Shown here in pieces: positions 13,191 to 24,675 of a DNA stretch of 64,000 nt (positions within the stretch are counted from its first letter, which is position 1; each line of letters opens with the position of its first letter). The stretch lies in the NCBI RefSeq assembly GCF_009914755.1, contig NC_060945.1; one strand, written 5' to 3'. The DNA is from the human T2T-CHM13v2.0 reference genome, Homo sapiens. Position numbers and translations under genes: made by a program. Under the pieces are notes generated by a model. That model saw only the letters and a list, made by a program, of their open reading frames with translations. It was not told where the DNA came from and made no database searches.

Positions 13191-16100
13191 GAGGTCCTTC
13201 TCAGATGCTTTGGGTCCTGCCATTGAAAGGGAAGAAGAGAAGTCCCTTCCCTGGGAGAGCCTCAGTGATCCCTGCACAAGACCAGCCGTCTTCCTCCGCC
13301 CCATATTGTTCAGCCCTGGCACCCTGTGTTGTGCGTGGAGTCCCTTGTTTTCCTCTATCTTATCAGGAACCAGTTCTAGGTTCCTAACCTGGTCTGACCC
13401 CGGCACCCTGTCCTGTTACACAAGAAACCCGGATGCTGATATATATATGTCCCAACATTGCCCTTCCAGAGCCTCTCCAGCTGTGACTCACTGTTGACAT
13501 GGCAACCCCCACCCCCTGGACTCCTCGCTCAACCCACAAAGACTATCTCTTGCGTACTCTGCTCTGAGGTGTTTTAAAAAGCGCCACCATAAACCTGTAA
13601 CACAAGAATGAAACCCAGCAAGAATCAGGGGACAGGAACCAAGGAACATGACATCACGTGAGAACTAAGGGCCGCTCTGATTGACCATAGCATTTGGCTC
13701 TCAGCCTCCCACGGCCAAGGCTAAGGGAGGATAGGACAATTGTCTCTCTCACTCTTGAACAAGAGGGAGCTCCTGGATTCACCGGGAGAGTAAATTTGAC
13801 TAGCTTGGACTTCTGCAAGGTAATTTGTTGTGACTGCATATTAAGGAGACTAATCTTAACATAATCTTAACATAATTTCTTTATATTAAGGAGATTAAAT
13901 AAATCCATGGATATGTTCTTGAGTGAAATTTTTTTTTTTTTAAAGCAGAGACCTTTTCCACGGGATCACATTTTCTTTTGACACTCCTGGGAGGCAGGCA
14001 GGACCATGTTAAGTGGCTGTTTTTCAGTGAATGATTCTACGGGGAAACCTGAATAAGATGGTAATGTTATAGGAAAGTGTCTGATGCAGAACCCGGCAAT
14101 GGCTAAAACTGGAAGATGCAAAGCAGCCTGCTAGTGTGGGAGCTGCAATAAACCAAATCCCTTTTTTTTCTCAGTCAGAAGGAGGGACTTTCCAAGCTTG
14201 ATCCTCTAAGAAAAAAGGATCCCCTCCTATTTTCTTACCGATTTTCAATTCATCCAGAATGCATGCTTCTTAGTCTTCAGACTCCTGGCCTGGTCACCGC
14301 TTGAAAATATTTGGCAGCCCCCTGGTTTAACAGCAGCCTCGAAGTTGACAGCAACTCCAAATCCTGCGGCTCAGCAGTACAGAGCCAGCTGGCCTCACCT
14401 CTCCTCTGGGTCCACTGCATCTTATCAAGGCCTTGCTGTCCTTCCTTGGATCCGTCACCCCCGACCTGGCCCTCAGTAGCTCCCTCCTGGATTCTGACCT
14501 CACCCTGTTCCTCATCTTTGTCTTAACTCTTAACTTGGCTGTCTGCTGCACCCTGACAGCCACCTTGTCTTCTCTTTTCTCCTCTTCTCTCACCAGCTGT
14601 CTTCTTGGTTTTTCAGTTCCCCTCTCTCAAGACCTGCACTTTCTCTTCAAGTCAAGGTCCACAGCTCCCATGCTCTGCATTTATACTGGGCTGCGGAAGC
14701 TCCCACGTGGGGACCAAGCCCTGGAGAGGAACCCACAGTGCAGCGGCTCCTGAAAGCAGAGGCCTGCACCCCTAAGCCTCTTAAGCCCCCCACTTTCATT
14801 CCCTCCTGCCTCTGTGCATAGCCCAAGTCCCACCTGTCCATGTGTCACCCGGCTCTTCCGTGTCGTCTCCGTGAGCCTGCAGGGGCACCCAGCCAGCCGA
14901 CAGGCTCCCGAGACAGTCCACTCACACAGACACACTGTAGCCATTTCTGAAGATTGTGCAGGGGAGACAGATGGTTCACCAGGCACACACCAGACAACCC
15001 GAAACCTACATTCCTTACTCAACAGGCCCGTGTCAGAAAATCCTCCCTAAACTGCAATGGGGAGGGGGACTGAGGGAATTCTCATCCCCTACATGTCACC
15101 CCACGGCTCACTCCTGCCTCCGACCTTCACACATGTTCACCCCTGCAACTTTTCACCCCTTTATTTTGCAGAGCAATCTGTGCCCAGCTCCTGTCCTCTC
15201 AAACTTAATCAGCTCATGATACGCTTAGCAAGACCTGCCCTTCATGAAAATGAGGGTGAGGGTGAGGGTGGCGACAGTTTTAAATATGTTTTAAAAGGAA
15301 CATGAAATGAAGAATATTGGGCTTCACAAAAGGAACCCTCCTTTCCCTTGTTCTTTCTTCCCATGGAGAGGAAGAAGTTGAGGCTGAGTTATCACCTCCC
15401 ATCAGCACTCGGTTTTGTTCCTGGACCCCTGACTTCGTCACCAAGGGCAGCTGGCTCCAGCTCTCAGCCTTTGAAGGATATTGTGGCTAGGGGTTCAGAG
15501 TCCCAGGCTCCCTCCCAGACAGATGGGTGGAGTGAGGCCACCTGAGATCTCACTTGCTAGGGTGGGTGCCACCAGGCCCACCGAGCTGCTGGGTCCTGGC
15601 CAAGCCCTCCTGTACCCCCTGAGAAAGTCTCCGTAGGGCTAGGAGCTGTTTGTGCCAACTTTAGATGGACTCATCTCTCAGTGATCCCATAAAATTGCTG
15701 CCTAGCCCTTCTGGTTTCAAGGATTTCACATCAGAAAACGTTTTACGAACCCAGGGCTAGTTCTGAAAACAGGAAGTGCTTTCAGCCCCCATGGGAGGAG
15801 GGGGGTGCAGGAGGCCTGTGGACCTGGACCTCTGGGAGCCAGGCTGGAGAACAGGAGCTGAAGGCTGAGCGGCGGCGGGGCCATTCACACAACCATGGTC
15901 TTTCCTCCCAGTGAGGAGGGACCCCAGGTGGGGCTGCTGAGCTCAGGAGCCGCTGGCTCTGCTGGAAGATCCGCCCCTCTGAGGCTGCGCGGGGAGGATG
16001 CAAGACTGGGCAAGAGCTCATTAGGAAACGCTGAGACAGAGGGTCCTAGTGAAGATTCCACTGCAGAGAGGGCAGTCCAGGTCATCACAGGGTGACATCT

Positions 16101-16199
16101 GGGGATGAGGCTGGCCGGGGCACGGGGCAGGTTTTTGAGCCCGGCAGTGTAAGCAGTCTCTGTCCCAAGGGAGGAAAGCCGCTGAGAGCTGCTGGGCCA

Positions 16200-17262
16200 G
16201 CAGGTGGGAGTGCTGGGCTGGCCTCAGGGTTTCTGGAAGGGGTATTCCCGAGAAGTGAGGTGCTGCTCTGGGACTCTGGTGCCCCTGGGGCCTTCCTGCA
16301 GGGCGCTCTCAGCAGCCACCTTCGGTAGAAGCCAGGGCCACCCTGCATGGGGGATGATGCCGCATCCAGCACAGAGCCTTGCGATCAGTCACTCTCCTCC
16401 CTCCACAATAGCGGGGACCTCCCTGCCCGCCGCACCCCTGCCCCCCGCCCCCGCCCCCGCTCCCGCCCCGCCGTGGCTGTGCAGCAAGCAGGGGACAGTC
16501 CCATCAGCAAAGTCGGGGAACTTCCAGGAAGCCCGCGTCCCCCTCAGCCTGCCTTTAGCCAGAAAAGATTCCAAGCTCTGCTCTCTACTTTGGAAAGCCA
16601 GTGTTTGCATGTGGAGATTGTTTTGCTAGACTCGACGAGGGTAGCAAAGCAACAGGAAGTGTTCCCCAGAGCTCCGCCCACGACTTGCGTGGCCCAAAGC
16701 TGGATGGTCGTCCGTCCCACCATGGCGGGTGGGTAAAGGTTCTTTTCCTGGGCTGTGTCATTCCACCCAGAGCAAGGGATAAGCCTGTGATAGCCGTAAA
16801 TCCGGAACCACTACCAAGGTGAAAGACCTTCAAGTTAATTGTTGGAACCTGCGGCTCTAACACTTCCAGCAAAGCTACTTCTGTGAAAGCTGTGACGAGC
16901 AGAGGAAATGGGACAGGAGAGGAGCTGAATCCTGAGATTGTATCGCTAGGAGCCCCCAAAGTACGATGACGGTCCTCGGGCCAGCATGGGGGTGCATTGG
17001 CACCATGTAAGGAAAGGGGCCCTCCCGTGGCACCGTTGGAGTGGGGCGGTGTGGGGTTGTTCGGAGAGAAAAGTTTCCCATGAGCTCTGTTTCAGCAAAC
17101 GGCGATGACCACTTCCGTGGCAACTAAACAGTCTTGCCTTCCTGCACGTGGACATTTTTCTTCATGCATATTTCTCTTGCAAATGGTTCTATTGTTTGTA
17201 TAACAGTATTTCATGAGCGGAGAAGAGTTGGAAGCAAAAATCTGTTCATGAGAAATGTAAGT
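16200..17262 (+). promoter_or_regulatory. MX2: GC/CpG-rich intronic promoter/enhancer; candidate alternative MX2 first exon
   Basis: GC-box cluster 16437-16472, kB/GAS 16516-16530, ETS ACAGGAAGTG 16652-16661, YY1-like 16719-16728, consensus donor GTAAGT 17257-17262. Confidence 0.6.
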
Positions 17263-17559
17263 ATGTGGTAACATTGCCTTCAGTGAAATTGAGAGCAGAT
17301 CTAAAGGGATGTGAAAAGCATCAGGGTGCTCATATAGGAGGCAGGATCATTTCCCCCAGACCGCGGCCATGCGGGTTGTGTTTTATGGTAGGAGTGATTA
17401 TGGCAGCCTATGTGTGTCTGGGCATAAGAATACTTATTCTATGGATCTTAAGGTAATTATGTGTTGGAATTATGTGTTGGAAAATGTATGGCGTGGAATT
17501 CAGTAGGGGAATGCTCACGATTTGTGTGGTTCCTGGAGTTGGAAATGGGTGGCAGATCC

Positions 17560-19470
17560 AGCAAGAGGCAAGATTTCCAAATGGACTGCTGAGTCATTCT
17601 TAGGGTGGGCTAGGAGAAAATGTGTTTTGGTCTGAAGGAGGGAGGAAGAAGACAAAAACAAGTAAATTAGAAAACGTGGTTGCAGGATTGAAATCTGATC
17701 CTGAAAAAGAGAGAATAGCCATGAGTATAATGTTTAAAAATACACACAAAGAAATCCACTGTGGTGGGAGTCACAAGAAGTTCAATCATTATCTGGTCTC
17801 GTCATCTCGAGTGAAGCTGTCCACTCCCAAAGCCGACTGCTTGGTCCATAGCTCTTAGTTTTTGCATCTGGAGGCTTTTGTGGTTAGTGTTGGTTTGAGG
17901 TCATTTGAGCTGATCCATTGGTCTGGGTTTGTTGCCTGTTTCTACTGACTCTTGAGTACTTGGGTCAACACCTTGGATCTTGACTGCCCTGGCATTTGCT
18001 AGGAGGACCTGAAATGGCTCCTTCCAAAGAGGTCTGAAAAGTTTTTGCCTTGAGGTCTCTTCCAGCGGACCCACACCAGGCTGGAGGTCAGAAAAGTCTG
18101 GCCGGCATTTCCTCTGGCTGGCATTTCCTTTGGGCACGAGACTTGGTGTGTGAGGCTAATCCTTGACAATGCTTAACTGCGTACATGAAATGGAGCAGAG
18201 CCAGGCCTTGCTGGAGTTACTCCTGGTCATGTACAGCATCTGGTTATGATCTCATGGGGTGCTGGACTAAGTGAGCACTCAGAGACGGTCACGCCAATAG
18301 CCTATTATATCCTCGACCTAGGAGTTAAGGAGTAATCTTCTGCTTACTCCTTAAGCAGCTCCTTAAGGAGCTGAGGCAGATAAATTGGGTGTGGCAAGCG
18401 GGGTGTCTGCCAGGCCCAGGAGCCCCGGCTGTCACCAGTGCATGATGTGACTTTGGGTGAGCCACATCTTCTGCTTACAGATAGAGGCCAAGACCGCACG
18501 GCCAATAAAGCTGGTGGCAAAACTCAAAGCCCAGAGAGATGGAGGGTTTTTTATAGTTAGGGAATTTCAGCTTCAGTGTGTGATTGATTTTGTATTTTGC
18601 GAACACCGAGGGTGATTCAGACAGTGAAGTGTCTGTGTTAGAAGAAGGACCCTCCAGGACAGTAAGTCTATAATCTTTTGATAGGAAGATAGGTATTGTC
18701 CATGCTGAGAATAGAAAGTCTAGCAAGAGGTAGACTTGCTATCATGAACCCATGGCTCTGAATCCTGTCTCACCTTTACAGTCTTGCCTGGGTTATATTG
18801 GTTGCAGATGAGATAGGACTCTACCACTTCCTGGGCCAATTCCAGAAAATTTCCTGACCAATATGCATTGCATGTAAAACTTAATTTACCTTTTCCATGA
18901 TGCAAACAATTATGGAGTAATTTAGCTAGGAAGGCTCATGGCACTCAAGGACAGGTGTTCTGAGATGACCAGATTCCATCTTTATTAAGAAACTATTTTT
19001 GAGATTGCCAATATTACTTGTCAGAAGTTTGCATCGATTATTATGAGTCAATTATAAATGGATCCAATTTTCTTTCTGAAAGTTTGGTGGATAGATGTCA
19101 GTTACTATTTTAGAACTCTTAATATAGTATTTAAAGCTATTTTTTTTTAACATGAAGTCAGTAAGGACATCGCCCTTGACTTCTGGCATGGCTTCTCAAC
19201 TAAAAGCTTCTACTTTAGTATCTCATACCTCCTTTGGATATTGGGTAGCTTCTAATAAGTTACTGATCCCTTACTCATTTTTGATGTGAACAATCACAGA
19301 TATCATAAATCCTCTGTGCTTCCGTAGCATCCCCAAATCATAAGCAGCTCCAAATGCCCATCTTATCTATTCTTGGTATAAATGCTTACTGTTTTATCTC
19401 TTAAAATAATGTGACTTGAAGTCAGGACTACAGCTTAGCCACTGGGAAATAGCTCACATGAAGAGATAGA
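17560..19470 (-). mobile_element. Decayed class I (ERV1-like) endogenous retrovirus pol fragment (RNase H and integrase)
   Basis: Minus-strand peptides AFGAAYDLGMLRKHRGF (RNase H-like, ~19300-19370), HHGKGKL...YW...ICNQYNPGK (integrase zinc-finger-like, 18720-18905), PLWKEPFQVLL...AVKIQGV (integrase C-terminal, 17901-18137). Confidence 0.7.
18367..18466 (+). repeat. 100-bp dispersed duplication, copy A (copy B at 19894-19993)
   Basis: Direct alignment by eye: 100 bp with 2 mismatches. Confidence 0.95.
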
Positions 19471-19893
19471 ACATTTTGATGGGTGCATGGCAGTTTCCTA
19501 CGCAGGAAATGCTTTCGCCATTTTTATTGTTTTTTCCTCCACAGCCTTTATTAAGCTCCTACTGTATGCCAGGTACTTTGGGCTGCAGGTACAGCTGTGA
19601 AAAAAAACAGGTAAAAATCCCTGCCCCCCTGGGGCCTTATTGCAGCTGGGGAGACAGGAAACAGGCAGAATCCATCAGGAAAGATATCGTGCAGATGGTG
19701 GGAATGCAGCTTTTGACTGTTGCCTCCCCCATCAGATCCTTAGCACCAAAAAAGGTGGCAGTGTCTCCCGGCTGGGTGTCCAGAGCCTGGCACACAGCAG
19801 GCACTCAATGAATGTTTACAGAGTGGATGAAGACTCACATTGACTCAGGAACTGCAGCTCAGAGAGAGCAAGGAACCCAACCAGGGGAGCCAT

Positions 19894-19993
19894 GGAGCTG
19901 AGGCAGATAAATTGGGTGTGGCAAGGGGGGTGTCTGCCAGGCCCAGGAGCCCCGGCTGTCACCAATGCATGATGTGACTTTGGGTGAGCCACA
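19894..19993 (+). repeat. 100-bp dispersed duplication, copy B (probable source)
   Basis: Identical to 18367-18466 except at 2 positions; continues into MIR-like sequence. Confidence 0.95.
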
Positions 19994-21957
19994 CCCTCTC
20001 TGTGCCTTGTTGGGAGTAGGCACTGGAGAGCAGGGGTGGGAGCGGTCATTAGGATGAGGTGTCCTGGAAGCCCACCCCTGCCAGGGCCCTCCAGGCTGCA
20101 GGCAGTCTCCAGCCCGAGGCCCTTTGGAGTTGTGTGGCTCCCCCTCCAGCTGCTCTGTCCACAGATCTTCCTGCTCTCCCCAACTCCCCTCTGCCCTTCA
20201 GCCCCACAGCCAGCCATTAGCTGACTTGTTGACCATGACTTCAAAGCATCCAGAATCCAGTCGGCTCTCACCACCCTCTTTGCCATTGTTTCCAAAAGGG
20301 TGTTGCCCCTGGGTTTGTCTTTTGGAGCCCCCCAGGAGAAGGGAGGACTTCAAAGACAGAAAGAGAGCTAGGCACCAAACCTCAAGCAGGCCTTGCTTTC
20401 CCAGACTCTCAAACTTAAAAAAAAAAAAAAAAAAAAAGCCAGACAGAGACAGGCAGGTGTCCTCCCAGCCGGGCCTCGATGGCTGTACTGCACCCCCCTC
20501 CTAAACAGCAGGCGGGAACCAGCCCTGGGACAGGCTCCACACACTCACTGAGCACCGCCTCCTGCACAGCGCAGTCCCTGCTCTCAGCCTGAGCAGGCGC
20601 AGCAGCCCTGCCCTCCCAAGAAAGGGGATGGTGAGAAGCCTAGTGTCCCCTCCACAGAGACCAGCGCCACACATGACAGCCACACATGACAGTGTTGGTA
20701 CCAGCACTCAGTCTTTGAGCCACAAGTGCTTATAAGATGTAAGTAATAGTACGGAACCCTCCCACATCCTCAGGAGGAACGGTCAGCCCCATTTTCTAGA
20801 TGTGAAAACTGACACCCAGAGAGATTTCAGCACATGCTCTGGGTCCCCGGGTCCCATGCACAGCCCTTGTGCTGGACGGCCCCAACCCTACTTTCTAATT
20901 CTTTATCCTAAACCCGGACTGTGGGCCTCATCTTAGGGAGATGGTGCTGCCACCTGCCTCTGGAGGACACTCTGCCTTGGCCTAGTCCTGCCCTGCCCCT
21001 CGCCGAGTGGAGCCTCCACAGAGGCTTGTGCATGGCTTTGGGATCCCGGGCGGCAGGAGTAGGGTCTGGGCTGGTGAGCAGGGACGGGGAAGGCCCCGAC
21101 AGCAGACCCCATGAGGATGACTGGGCTCCATCCTACGTGGACCTTCTAACGAGCCACATGGAAGCATGTCCATCTGAGAGGTGGGAGAAGGAGGAAGTTG
21201 TCCCCAGTTGTCCCACCTCAGGATGGGAGGTTGCCCCAGGGGCTAGCTTCCCACTTCTCCAGGCTGCCATGCTGAAAGCCGGCAGGTGTCGCAGGTAGCA
21301 GATGTGGCAGGTTGCTCGAGGGAGAAACTCTGGACGCATGAGATTCAGTTGTACAGAGCCTGAGTCCTGTGGCCTGGCCCAACTGTCCCAAAGCCCCAGC
21401 ACTCTGGCTGTGTGTAAACCTTACCTCTTCTTCATGCCCTTCCTGGTCCATGGCTGTGTCCTTTATTGTACCTGGTCTCCTTATCTTCAAGGGTGCCCAT
21501 CACACCACTCTCCAGCTCAGAACCCTCCAAAGGCCTCCCTCACACCCACACACAATGCAAGACCTCTGCCCACATCTTGCAAGCCTTTTTCCTCCCTCTT
21601 TTTCACCAGTCACACTGACCATCTTCCTATTCCCTGAGCTCATTCCGACCTCAGGACCTTTGCACATGCATTTCCTCTGCGGGAGAGGCTGGTCCCCACT
21701 TCCTCCAAGCCTTGCTCCTCTGCCCATTCCCAGGCACACCCTCCAGTGGGCACCCAAGTTACCCTCACCCCAGAATCTCAAGCCCACCACCTGTCTTTCT
21801 CCAGACACTCCCTTGTCACCTGGAGCCTGGTTGGTTGGTATATTTGTTTTGGCATTTCCCTGCTAGGATGGTGTGCCAGGAGTGAGGGCTTGGTCTGACT
21901 TGATCACCACAATAACCACGTGGTGGAAAGTGCCTGGCACATTCAGAGTCGTACCCT

Positions 21958-22425
21958 TGTATGAGTCTGCTCAGGCTGCCATGGCAAAAGACCACAGACT
22001 GGGTGGCTTAGACAACACACATTGGTTCTCTCACAGCCCTGGAGGCTGGAAGTCCCAGATCAAGGTGTCGGCAGAGCTGGTTCCTTCTGGAGGCCCCAGG
22101 GGGAATCTGTGCTCTCCTCCCAGCTCCTGGTGGCTGTGGCAGAGGCCTTGGCATTCCCTGGCCTGGGCTGCAGCACTGCAGTCTCTGCCTCTGTCTTCAC
22201 AGGCCCTTCTCCCTGTGTGTCTCCAGGTCCCAAATCTCCCTCTGCCTGTCTCTGATAAGGACACCTGTGATGAGATTTAGGGCCCATTCTAAATCCAGGA
22301 TGATCTCATCTCAAAATCTTCACCTTAATTATATCTGCAAAGAGTCTTTTTCCAAAAAAAAAGTCATGTTCCCAGGTTCCAGGTGAACATAAATTTTGGG
22401 GGGACTGTGGGGACACCATTCAGCC
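21958..22425 (-). mobile_element. MLT1-family MaLR solo LTR
   Basis: 'gctgccatggcaaaagaccacagactgggtggcttagacaac...ggaggctggaagtcccagatcaaggtgtcggcag'. Confidence 0.8.
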
Positions 22426-22863
22426 TCCTAGATCCACATTACTACTAGAGGAAAGGGGGATACAGTGTGATCCAGAGTGTGGGGGGCTCCTGCCCGGAGC
22501 ACAGGCCCAGCTCTGAGTCCTGGCTTAGGCGTCATTGGCCCTCCCGGATGTCAGTTTCTTGACCCTGAAAATCCAGATAAGGGCCAAATGCATAGGCTTG
22601 TTGTGAAGCTTAAATGTATGTCTCAGCATGGTGCTGCCCTCATCTGAGTGCAGGCCACAGCCTGAGAACTGGGGCCCAACACCTGCTTCTCCCACACTCC
22701 CCTGGTGCCTGGCCAAGCCCGGGTGTGAGGCCAGGTCTGGCTTCCAGCAGGCCCAGGAGGTGCTGCCTGTCATCTCTGCACACCTAATGGTTCTCCTGCC
22801 TGGTGCTGAGCCACAGAGACCTGATGCCATAGATGACACAGACCATCAGAAGTGACAAAGGAG

Positions 22864-23178
22864 ACTGGGTGTGGTGGCTCACGACTGTATTCCCAGCACT
22901 TTGGGATGCTGAGGCGGACGGATTGCTTGAGCTCAGGAGTTTGAGACCAGCCTGAGCAACATGGCAAAAAACCCATCTCTATAAAAAATACACACACACA
23001 AAAAAAACTAGCTGGGCATGGTGGTGCATGCCTCTAGTCCCAACTACTCGGTAAGCTGAGGCAGGGGGACTGCTTGAGTCCAGGGAGGTTGAGGCTGCAG
23101 TGAGTCCTGATTGCACCACTACACTCCCCCACTGGGTGACAGAGTGAGACCCTGTCTCAACAACAACAACAACAACTA
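22864..23178 (+). mobile_element. Alu (AluJ-like) with (CAA)n tail
   Basis: Full dimeric Alu. Confidence 0.93.
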
Positions 23179-23517
23179 CAAGTAGCAAAGGAACATTGAG
23201 ACTCTACTGGGAATGTGGAGTCCACTGCCCCCCGTTCCCCAAGCCCGGGCCGGTAGAAATCCACTTGTGCTCTGTGGCTGCCAAGAGCCCCTCCTGCAGA
23301 CAGGGGCCCTGCACTGGACCCCTGGTCTCTGCATCTGTGTGTAGGGGGTAGGTTGTAGGGTGGGGTGAGGAGGGGTTGGCAAAAGTGCCAACTCAGGGAG
23401 GACTTCTGGTGACCTGTGGGCCGCTCTCCCTCTTGTGTCTTTGCAGAGCTTGTCAGGAAGATCGGAGGTGCCAAGTAGCAGAGAAAGCATCCCCCAGCTC
23501 TGACAGGGAGACAGCAC

Positions 23518-23766
23518 ATGTCTAAGGCCCACAAGCCTTGGCCCTACCGGAGGAGAAGTCAATTTTCTTCTCGAAAATACCTGAAAAAAGAAATGAATTC
23601 CTTCCAGCAACAGCCACCGCCATTCGGCACAGTGCCACCACAAATGATGTTTCCTCCAAACTGGCAGGGGGCAGAGAAGGACGCTGCTTTCCTCGCCAAG
23701 GACTTCAACTTTCTCACTTTGAACAATCAGCCACCACCAGGAAACAGGAGCCAACCAAGGGCAATG
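23518..23766 (+). CDS. MX2: MX2 exon 2 coding part (exon starts 23447): N-terminal domain MSKAHKPWPYRRR...PRAM
   Basis: Acceptor ttgcag|23447, ATG 23518, donor GTAAGC 23767; 83 codons matching human MxB N-terminus. Confidence 0.98.
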
Positions 23767-24399
23767 GTAAGCCCGGTGGAGGGACGTTCAGAAAGGGTGC
23801 ATTCTGGCTGCCGGTGCAGAGGGCTGTCATGTAAGCCCACCACAATAATAGAACCAGCCAGTCTGCTCCTCCGGCACAGCTGATGTCTCCAGCTCTCCTG
23901 GTCATGCCCAACAAGTACCAGGAACATACATAGACTCTCCTGCAGCAACGGGCTGCTGCGACGTGGGTCTGGGGCTTCTGTGTGCGGGGGTCCCCTTCCT
24001 GGAGCTTTTCTTTCAGCCTCCCCTGCAGCCATCACATTGCCAGCCCACCCACTTGCCACCCTCCCCAGCTCTGCAGCTCCCCAACCCAGAACCTCTCCTC
24101 CCTCTGGCTGGAGTCTCTGCCTCTTGGAACTTCTTCCTGGCTCAGTGCTCCCAGCCCCTCCCCAGGAGGCACACCCTGCACACCTGCAGCCAAATCCTCC
24201 CAGCATCTGCCCCTGTGAGGCCTCAATAGGAACAGAACAGAAGGGCCCCTGAAAGCAGCAGCACCCCTCCATCCACCTTCTCACCTCCTGTCTGCAACCC
24301 AACCTAACATCATAGCCGCACAAACTCTGCCACACATCTCCATGACACCAGGGACCCTATCAGGGGTCAAGGCAGTGGCATCTGTTCTGCCTTCTCCAG

Positions 24400-24592
24400 G
24401 GGCCCGAGAACAACCTGTACAGCCAGTACGAGCAGAAGGTGCGCCCCTGCATTGACCTCATCGACTCCCTGCGGGCTCTGGGTGTGGAGCAGGACCTGGC
24501 CCTGCCAGCCATCGCCGTCATCGGGGACCAGAGCTCGGGCAAGAGCTCTGTGCTGGAGGCACTGTCAGGAGTCGCGCTTCCCAGAGGCAGCG
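24400..24592 (+). CDS. MX2: MX2 exon 3 (GTPase G1 motif GDQSSGKS)
   Basis: ctccag|[25 protein letters not shown]...LPRGS|gtaagt; 193 nt. Confidence 0.98.
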
Positions 24593-24675
24593 GTAAGTTC
24601 AACGGACCACCTTCCCTCCGCAGCAAGCAGCGCCACCTGTAAGCCACAAAGCTTCCCCAGGCACCAAGAGGTTTT

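Noticed and set aside
23518-23883. 121-aa ORF suggesting a stand-alone MX2 N-terminal protein
   Set aside because: Simple read-through of the exon 2 donor into intron 2; no canonical poly(A) signal seen there
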